Source of the DNA: an uncultured delta proteobacterium
GTDB lineage: Bacteria; Myxococcota_A; Polyangia; Palsa-1104
Reading direction: 5' to 3'
Length of the DNA: 64,000 bases
Assembly: GCA_963785725.1 (NCBI GenBank)
Contig: CAWAWS010000014.1
Span: 128,001 to 192,000, forward strand
The stretch's first letter is position 1. Each line of letters begins with the position of its first letter. The notes under the pieces were generated by a model. That model worked only from the letters and a program-made list of their open reading frames with translations, was not told the DNA's origin and made no database searches. Positions 57,046 to 64,000 of the stretch are shown here, piece by piece. The translations under genes were made by a program, and so were the position numbers.

Positions 57046-59462
57046 ATCGCCTATCTCGGCAGTCGAATATCGTGGCGGCCTTCGTCGCCGCGACGCTGGC
57101 GCTCGGCTGTCGCGCGCAGCCGCCGCCCGGCTCGTCGCTGCCGCCGGCGCCGTCGACCGAGGCCCAAAGAGGCCATCCGCGCTTGTGGATCCGCGCCGAC
57201 GAATTGCCGAAACTGCGCGGCTGGGCGCGCGCCGACAATCCGACGTGGGCCGCGCTCGAGCAAGCGGCGACGCGCGCTCGTACGGTGTACGACAAAGGCA
57301 AAGTCCCGGCCGGTAGAGTCTGCACCGACGATAGCGGCGTCTATACGTGCGAAGGTTACGCCGAATTATTCGCGTTCTTGTCGCTGCTCGAGCCCGACGA
57401 AGCGCAGCGGCGCGCCGACGCCGGCCGCGCCGTCAAGCTGCTCATGGCCGTCGTAAACGAAGCGAAAAAGGGCGCGAAAGAGGGCGAATCGGTGCGCGAT
57501 CCGGCGTTCGCCGTGTCCGATCGCTCGCGCTGGAGCGGCGAAGCGTTCGCGCTCACCGCCGATTGGACTTACCCCTGGCTCACCGCCGAGCAAAAGCGCG
57601 ACGTGCGCGCCGTATTCCTGCGCTGGGCCGACGAGCTGACGCACGCCACGACGACGTCGCACAATCACCCCGAGCCGCTCGGCGTCTATGACGATCCGAA
57701 GCTGACACAAGATCGATTGAACGTTCGTTTCAGCGCCAATAATTATTTCACGGCGCATATGCGCAATATGGGAATGATGGCGCTGTCGTTCGACGCGCAA
57801 GACGATCCCGACGGAAAATTAGCCGCCTACCTCGGCAATGCGACCGGCGCGTGGCTGTATATGGTCGATGATCTATTGCGTACCGACGCCAAAGGCGGAT
57901 TACCGCCCGACGGTCTCGAATATGGCCCGCAAACGTTCGCTTATGTCGCCGAATTCTTACTCGCGTTACATAGCGCCGGCCGCGACGACGGCAAACGCGA
58001 GCCGCAAACACGCTTCGACGGCAATCCCTGGTGGAGCGACCTGATCCCGGCGTGGCTGCACTTGATGAGCCCGCGCACCGTCGAGCATCCGTGGATGGGC
58101 GCGCTGTCGCAGCCGGGGTGGTATGGCGAAGGCCAGAAGTATTGGGCCGCCGATCCGATCGATCTTTTTGCGCCGTTGGGTATTTGGGCGCGCGACACCG
58201 GCGATAGCAAACGCTACGACGCCGCGCGTTTCATCGTGCGCAACATGGCGCCGGGCGGCGCCGAGAAGTTCGACGAGCGTATCGCCAAAAACGACGATTT
58301 CCGGCAATCGATATTGTATTTCCTGTTATTCGATCCGGGCGCGCCGCCGGCCGCCGACCCGCGTCCGTCGCTGCCGAAAGCGCATTTCGCGCCCGGTTTG
58401 GGCCGGATTTACGCGCGCACGAGCTGGGACGGCGACGCCGCGACGTTCGATTACGGGCTGGGCTGGGTGGCCATCGATCATCAGCACGGCGACGGCAACG
58501 GCTTCGAATTCTATCGCCGCGGTGAATGGCTGACCAAAGAGCGCACCGGATATGGGCCCAATATCGCGTGCAGCGATTATCACGATACGCTGGCGGTCGA
58601 GAACGATAAGCCCTATCACGCCAAAGATCCGCACGACTATCGCACCATTCAATGGCAGCGCGGCTCGCAGTGGAGCGGCGATTTGAGCGACGGGCCGGGC
58701 AAATTGCTGGCGCATTCGATCGACGATAAATACGTTTATGCGTTGGGTGATGCGACGCAGCTCTACAATTCGAAGTACGAAGGTGTCGGCGATGTCGAGC
58801 GCGTCGTGCGTTCGATCGTCTGGCTGCCGTCCGATTATGTGGTCGTTTACGATCGCGCGGCGACGAAGAAGGACGGTCGCTTCAAGCGTTTCTGGCTGCA
58901 ATTGCCGGCGCCGGCGACGGTGAGCGGCAAGCGCGCGACGATGCGCACGGCCAAAGGGCAGCAGCTGTTCGTCACGACGTTGTTGCCCGCCGACGCGCAG
59001 CCGCAAGCGGAGCTGGCCGAGCCGCTGAAGGAGAACTCCGAGCCGGCCGAGCTCGATCCGATCGTCGCGCGCTTGCGCGTCGAATCGCGCGCCAAAGACG
59101 TGCGTTTCCTGCACGTTTTGCAGGGCGCCGACGCCAAAGCGGCCGCCGATGCCGTGGCGCTCGTCGACGCCGGCGGCGACTTCGTGGCCGCGGCGGTGCA
59201 CGCCAAGACGGCCGATTGCAAGTCGACCGCCGCTTGCGCCGGTCCCGTCGTCGTCGTCTTTCCGCGCGACGCCGGCGACGCGGCGGCGGTCGAGAAACTG
59301 GCGCTGGCGACGCCGCCGGGCACGCGCGCCGTGCTGTTCACCGGCCTCGTTCCCGGCGCTGAATACGCGGCCGCGCGGCAAGGCGACGGCCGCGTGCATA
59401 TCACCAAAGGTGGTGCGCAGCACGCCGACGACGGTGGCGCCTTGTGGGTCCCGCTGCCGTAA
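57042..59462 (+). CDS. Heparinase II/III-like (polysaccharide lyase-fold) lipoprotein
   Basis: LALGC lipobox; HPRLW, NNY, DGLEYG, ARTSW, HQHGDGNGF. Confidence 0.65.
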   Translation: MNRLSRQSNIVAAFVAATLALGCRAQPPPGSSLPPAPSTEAQRGHPRLWIRADELPKLRGWARADNPTWAALEQAATRARTVYDKGKVPAGRVCTDDSGVYTCEGYAELFAFLSLLEPDEAQRRADAGRAVKLLMAVVNEAKKGAKEGESVRDPAFAVSDRSRWSGEAFALTADWTYPWLTAEQKRDVRAVFLRWADELTHATTTSHNHPEPLGVYDDPKLTQDRLNVRFSANNYFTAHMRNMGMMALSFDAQDDPDGKLAAYLGNATGAWLYMVDDLLRTDAKGGLPPDGLEYGPQTFAYVAEFLLALHSAGRDDGKREPQTRFDGNPWWSDLIPAWLHLMSPRTVEHPWMGALSQPGWYGEGQKYWAADPIDLFAPLGIWARDTGDSKRYDAARFIVRNMAPGGAEKFDERIAKNDDFRQSILYFLLFDPGAPPAADPRPSLPKAHFAPGLGRIYARTSWDGDAATFDYGLGWVAIDHQHGDGNGFEFYRRGEWLTKERTGYGPNIACSDYHDTLAVENDKPYHAKDPHDYRTIQWQRGSQWSGDLSDGPGKLLAHSIDDKYVYALGDATQLYNSKYEGVGDVERVVRSIVWLPSDYVVVYDRAATKKDGRFKRFWLQLPAPATVSGKRATMRTAKGQQLFVTTLLPADAQPQAELAEPLKENSEPAELDPIVARLRVESRAKDVRFLHVLQGADAKAAADAVALVDAGGDFVAAAVHAKTADCKSTAACAGPVVVVFPRDAGDAAAVEKLALATPPGTRAVLFTGLVPGAEYAAARQGDGRVHITKGGAQHADDGGALWVPLP

Positions 59463-59510
59463 GCGAGCGCGTATTCCGGGATTGGCGATTCGGCTTATAA
59501 TAGGGAGCCC

Positions 59511-60659
59511 ATGTCTACGAAGATCTTGTGCGTTGCCGGCGCGCGTCCCAACTTCATCAAGATCGCGCCGCTCATGCGCGTGCTCGGCGCCAATCCGCGC
59601 TTCGCCGCGCGGCTGATTCATACCGGACAGCACTATGACGCCAAGCTATCGAAGGTGTTTTTCGAAGACTTGAAGATACCAAAGCCCGATATCGAGCTGG
59701 AGATTGGCTCGGGGTCGCACGCACAGCAGACCGCGGAGATCATGAAGCGCTTCGAGAGCGTGTTGCAGACGGAGCAGCCGGAGGCGGTGCTCGTCGTCGG
59801 CGACGTCAATTCGACGATCGGCTGCGCCATCGTCACGGCGAAGTTCTTCTTGGACAAGCCGTTCAAGGCGAAGCTCGACGGTAAGATCGTCGAGCGGCGG
59901 CGACCGGTGATGATTCACGTCGAAGCCGGGCTGCGCTCCAATGACGACGACATGCCCGAAGAGATCAATCGCAAGCTGACTGACGCGATCTCGGATCTTT
60001 TGTTTGTCAGCGATCCGGCGGGTATGGAGAATCTAAAGCGCGAAGGCGTGCCCGATAGTCGCTACTTCTTTGTCGGGAACGTCATGATCGACACGCTCTT
60101 GGCGGCGCGCGAGCAGGCGATGCAGTCGCCGATTCTCGAGCAGATCAAAGTCGAGAAGAACGGCTATGTGCTGATCACGCTGCATCGACCGTCGAATGTC
60201 GATGATCCGGCGCAGTTGTCGGCGCTGTTGCGCACGATCGAGTCGGTGGCCGGCGATATGCCGCTCGTGTTTCCGGTGCATCCGCGCACGCGCCAGCGAC
60301 TGGCCGCGGCCAAGCTCGAGCCCGACGCCCGTCGCTGGCGACTCATCGAGCCGCTCGGCTATCTCGACTTCCTGAAGCTCACGGCGTCGGCGCGCATCGT
60401 GCTCACCGACTCCGGCGGCGTCCAGGAAGAGACGACGGTGCTCGGCGTTCCCTGCGTCACGTTGCGCGAAAACACCGAGCGGCCGGTGACGATCAGCGAA
60501 GGCACGAACTTCTTGGCCGGCACCGATCCGAAGTCGGTGGGCGAGCATTTCAAGAAGGCCATGGCGACGTCGACGAGCGGCCGCGTGCCGCGCTTTTGGG
60601 ACGGCAAGTCGGCCGAGCGTATCGACGCCATCTTGACCGGCATCTTCGCGGACGGTTGA
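59511..60659 (+). CDS. wecB: Non-hydrolysing UDP-GlcNAc 2-epimerase
   Basis: GARPNFIK, HTGQHYD, GDVNST, HVEAGLRS, TDSGGVQEE, RENTERP. Confidence 0.95.
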   Translation: MSTKILCVAGARPNFIKIAPLMRVLGANPRFAARLIHTGQHYDAKLSKVFFEDLKIPKPDIELEIGSGSHAQQTAEIMKRFESVLQTEQPEAVLVVGDVNSTIGCAIVTAKFFLDKPFKAKLDGKIVERRRPVMIHVEAGLRSNDDDMPEEINRKLTDAISDLLFVSDPAGMENLKREGVPDSRYFFVGNVMIDTLLAAREQAMQSPILEQIKVEKNGYVLITLHRPSNVDDPAQLSALLRTIESVAGDMPLVFPVHPRTRQRLAAAKLEPDARRWRLIEPLGYLDFLKLTASARIVLTDSGGVQEETTVLGVPCVTLRENTERPVTISEGTNFLAGTDPKSVGEHFKKAMATSTSGRVPRFWDGKSAERIDAILTGIFADG

Positions 60660-60730
60660 GCGGTCGAGCGACTGAGCGTCGGCGACAGAGCCAAGCGACA
60701 CAAATGAGCGACTGTGAAGAGACATAAACG

Positions 60731-61783
60731 GTGAAGACGCGCGTCTATATCACCGTCGACGTCGAATGCGCCGAGGAGCGCGTCATTCGCGGTCAGCTGT
60801 GGCCGCCGCTCGGCTATGACCTGCGCGTGTGGGGCCGTTTCGCCAACCAAAAGGACGAGCTCGGCGTGCCGCTCATCATGCGCGAGCTCGAGGCCGAAGG
60901 CTTGCGCGGCACCTTCTTCGTCGAGCCTTTGGGCGCGCGCTTCTTCGGTATCGACGGGTTGTCCGCCGTCTGTCGCTCGATGCGCGCGCGTGGCCACGAC
61001 GTGCAACTGCACGCGCATCCGGTGCAGCAGCGGCCCGACTTTCGCTCCAAAGGCGGCGCCGCCCCGCCCGACGATCTGCACGCTTACTCCGTCGCCGAGC
61101 AGGCCGCGCTGCTGCAATCGGGGCTCGATATTCTCGTGGAAGCGGGCGTGCCGCGCGCCGAGTTGCGCGCCTTTCGCGCCGGCAACTTCGGCGCCGACGA
61201 GCGGACGTGGGACGCGATGGCGCGCGTCGGCCTGACGCTCAGCTCCAACCTGAACCCCAGTTATACCAAGCGCAATTGCCGCATTCCCTGGCGCGACAAT
61301 GGGCGCTTATTCGACACCGCCATAAGCAATGATAAACGCGTCTTCGAGCTGCCCGTCTCCAACTTCAGCGACGGTCACGGCGGCTTTCGCCACCTGCAGA
61401 TCATGGCCGTTTCGCTGACCGAAATGAAAGATTACCTGCGCCAGGCGCGTACGCTCGGTATCCACGAAGTCGTGCTGTTTACGCATTCTTTCGAGCTCTA
61501 TTATATCGACGACTTGGCGCGTAAACAGGCGAGCGTTAGCTATATCAATGTCGCTCGTCTGCGCGGGTTATGTCGCTTCCTGAAGGAACACAGCGACGAA
61601 TTCGAGGTCGATACGATGGGCGCCTTGGCGAAACGGCTCGCCGACGGCAGCGAAACGGCGACACCGGCGACCCCCAGCCCGTTGCCGCGCATGCGCCGCA
61701 TTCATCGTTACGGTCGTATGATCGAGCAGCTGTTCAAGCGCGTCGAATCGGGTTTCAAAGTCCAATCCCATTACTCGGAATGA
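60731..61783 (+). CDS. Polysaccharide deacetylase (CE4-like)
   Basis: ITVDVE, GTFFVE, GHDVQLHAHP, AFRAGNF, ELPVS. Confidence 0.82.
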   Translation: MKTRVYITVDVECAEERVIRGQLWPPLGYDLRVWGRFANQKDELGVPLIMRELEAEGLRGTFFVEPLGARFFGIDGLSAVCRSMRARGHDVQLHAHPVQQRPDFRSKGGAAPPDDLHAYSVAEQAALLQSGLDILVEAGVPRAELRAFRAGNFGADERTWDAMARVGLTLSSNLNPSYTKRNCRIPWRDNGRLFDTAISNDKRVFELPVSNFSDGHGGFRHLQIMAVSLTEMKDYLRQARTLGIHEVVLFTHSFELYYIDDLARKQASVSYINVARLRGLCRFLKEHSDEFEVDTMGALAKRLADGSETATPATPSPLPRMRRIHRYGRMIEQLFKRVESGFKVQSHYSE

Positions 61784-62940
61784 ATATGCTGAGCGACGCC
61801 AATATCATCTGCTTCGCCAAGGACTGGAGCGAAGATCCCACGAGTAACAACCACGTCATGCGGCTCTTGGCGCAGGACAACGAGGTCTTGTGGCTCAACT
61901 CGATCGCGACGCGCACGCCGAAATTGTCGAGCGGCAGCGATATGGCGAAGATTCGTCGCAAGCTCAAGAGCTTCGCCGACGGGCCGCAGCGCGTCGCCGA
62001 GCATTTGTCGGTCTTCACGCCGCTGGTCTTGCCGTTTCCTCATTCGCGGGCCGCGGTCACGCTCAATCAGCAGATCTTGCGCGCGACGACGGGCTATTTC
62101 CGGCGTCGCTTGGGAATGGGCGACTTCCAATTGTGGAGCTTCATTCCCACGGCCGTCGAATACTTCGGCAAATTGGGCGAGTCGTTTCGCGTTTATTACT
62201 GCACCGACGAATGGTCGCAGTTTTCGTATGTCGACGGCGCGCGCGTCACGGCGATGGAAGAAGAGCTGTGCCGCAAGTGCGATATCGTCTTTACGACCTC
62301 GCGCACGCTGCTGGAGAAGAAGCGGCCGTGGAATCGCGAGACGCACCTGGCTTCGCACGGCGTCGATTGGAAGCATTTCGCCAAAGCGCTGGCGCCGGAG
62401 ACGGTCGTTCCGTCGGAGATCGCGCAGCTCAAGCATCCGGTGCTGGGCTTTTTCGGGCTCGTGCAAGATTGGATCGATATCGACTTAATCGGCTGGCTGG
62501 CGCGACAAAGACCCGATTGGACGATCGTCATGATCGGCAAAGTGGCCGTCGATCATTCGCATTTGCGAGATATTCCCAATATCAAATGGCTCGGCCGTAA
62601 GCCTTATGAAGAGCTGCCCGCGTACTGCAAAGGATTCGATTTGGGACTGATTCCATTTCGCATCAACGAGCTCACGCGTAACGTCAATCCGATTAAATTG
62701 CGCGAATATCTCAGCGCGGGATTGCCGGTGGTTTCGACGCATTTACCGGAGTGCGCGCAATATCCCGAGTGGTGCACGGTGGCGGACACGCGCGAGCAGT
62801 TCTTGAGCGCCTGCGACGCGGCGCTGGCGGCGGATTCGCCCGACGCGCGGCGCGGTCGCAGCGAGCTCATGCGCGCCGAATCGTGGGAGCATAAAGTGGC
62901 GGAGCTGGGGAATCATATTCTGCGCGTCCAGCGCGGGTGA
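61780..62940 (+). CDS. GT-B (GT4-like) glycosyltransferase
   Basis: YYCTDEW, HGVD, KPYEELP, GLIPF, NPIKLREYLSAGLPVVS. Confidence 0.9.
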   Translation: MNMLSDANIICFAKDWSEDPTSNNHVMRLLAQDNEVLWLNSIATRTPKLSSGSDMAKIRRKLKSFADGPQRVAEHLSVFTPLVLPFPHSRAAVTLNQQILRATTGYFRRRLGMGDFQLWSFIPTAVEYFGKLGESFRVYYCTDEWSQFSYVDGARVTAMEEELCRKCDIVFTTSRTLLEKKRPWNRETHLASHGVDWKHFAKALAPETVVPSEIAQLKHPVLGFFGLVQDWIDIDLIGWLARQRPDWTIVMIGKVAVDHSHLRDIPNIKWLGRKPYEELPAYCKGFDLGLIPFRINELTRNVNPIKLREYLSAGLPVVSTHLPECAQYPEWCTVADTREQFLSACDAALAADSPDARRGRSELMRAESWEHKVAELGNHILRVQRG

Positions 62941-62953
62941 CCTTCGGCACTCG

Positions 62954-63549
62954 ATGTCCGACATAGCGGCGGCCTTTACGAGACATTCGGCGCGCCGCGG
63001 CCACGCCTGAAACCGCTGTCTTTCCCCGATCGCCCGGCGATTCACGTCTGGCATCATTACGCGCCTATCGTCGGTTCGGGCTGGTTTCGCGATCGCTTTT
63101 TATGTCTGTTCGCCGGCAAGCTACAGTCGCTCAACGCCTGTCTCGACGCGTGGCCCTTCTTGGTGCCAAAGCGCGCCGAGCGGCTCATTGTCGGCCGCAA
63201 CGCGCACGGCGCCATCGCCTTCGTCGACGATTTCGCGACGGCGGCGCCGCCGCTCTATGTCGTCGATCCGCTCAACGTCGATCTGCTCGGCGAGGGCGAT
63301 CTCAATCTGTTCACGTTCATCGATCAATATCTGCCCGAGAATCGCCTTCCCGCTTTCACCGACGATGAGCTCTATCGTCAGTCGCGCGCCAACGGCGTCG
63401 AGCTCGGCGATGACGAGATCTTGGCGATCGATGTGCCGCTGACGCTCGGCGGAAAAGCGGAGCTCGACAACTTTCACGTCGAGAACATCATCGAGCATTA
63501 CAAGGCGACGGGGCCGATTTACGCCAAGGGCTTCAAGAAGAAGAAGTGA
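62954..63549 (+). CDS. GAD-like/DUF1851 (Tdi1-type) immunity-like protein; one T apparently missing at ~62977
   Basis: MSDIAAAF joins the open frame YETFGAP...GSGWFRDRFL...IVGRNAHG...LGDDEI...VPLTLGGKAELDN. Confidence 0.55.
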
Positions 63550-63663
63550 TCGCGGCCGCATATTCGCGATATCAAAACCTTACTGTCGCGCGTCGATTGG
63601 AAACGAATAAGGCCTTGACTTCGAATGGCCGAGCTCGTACATAACTGGATAGGTAATATTCCC

Positions 63664-63810
63664 ATGACGACCCTCGCGACGATTCTCGGCGGCCACACGA
63701 TGCGCGTTCTTGCGCTCGTGGCCGCCTCGTCGCGTTCCGGCTCGCGGTCATCGTCGCACGCCAACGGCGCGTCATCGCTGGAGGATTCGGGCTCGCCCGG
63801 CTCTTTGTAA
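63664..63810 (+). CDS. Putative 48-aa leader peptide (12 Ser)
   Basis: Follows TTGACT-N17-TACATA; its 3' end is complementary to the downstream terminator arm. Confidence 0.4.
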   Translation: MTTLATILGGHTMRVLALVAASSRSGSRSSSHANGASSLEDSGSPGSL

Positions 63811-63832
63811 GGATTCCCGCGAGGGAACTTTG

Positions 63833-63871
63833 AAAGAGGCCGGGCCCGCGAGGTCCCGGCCTTTTTTATTT
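63833..63871 (+). terminator. Intrinsic terminator (possible attenuator)
   Basis: AGGCCGGG-loop-CCCGGCCT followed by a TTTTTATTT tail. Confidence 0.85.
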
Positions 63872-64000
63872 CCGGCTCCGAAAATCAACGATTTCCAACG
63901 GCGCGAAATGCATTCGCGCCGAATGGGATAGGTGCGTCTGCGTCCGCGATATGGCGGTCGATATCGATAACGCGATTCAAAACGAGCCGGCCCGGCTCGA

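Overview
A very GC-rich bacterial chromosomal segment, most likely Myxococcota (Polyangia-like). The assignment rests on the pilMNOPQ-aroCKB-mglC-aroQ-accBC-sgmX block, an HRDVSPQN Ser/Thr kinase with a PEGA domain, and many Cys/Gly-rich lipoproteins. In order, the window holds: MFS, OmpA/MotB, ftsK-lolA; an MBL hydrolase/D-cysteine desulfhydrase/EamA operon; a run of exported lipoproteins around a TPR-SBP-kinase module and PBP1A; an ECF sigma factor; esterase-glpK; an FHA-GGDEF cyclase, a PilR-like regulator and an XRE gene ahead of the type IV pilus assembly operon; tspO, pdxH, an L,D-transpeptidase and a cytochrome c'-like gene; a Wzx/Wzy polysaccharide cluster; a Tdi1-like immunity gene; and a probable leader-peptide attenuator. 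I found no rRNA, tRNA, CRISPR array or transposase. Six genes carry single-base indels, which are probably consensus errors. The most interesting signals are: (1) a ~1,445-aa PilQ secretin with a ~690-aa coiled coil containing 14-aa repeats; (2) a 63-aa antitoxin-like protein ending in a clamp-binding-like QLPLF motif between ftsK and lolA; (3) palindromic tandem arrays placed at convergent gene junctions; (4) a TAnnnT box 5-8 nt before the start of about 12 genes, suggesting widespread leaderless mRNAs; (5) a Ser-rich leader peptide with terminator/antiterminator; and (6) a deletion relic joining the 3' ends of a divergent TetR/FAD-monooxygenase pair. All family calls come from motif recognition, not database searches.
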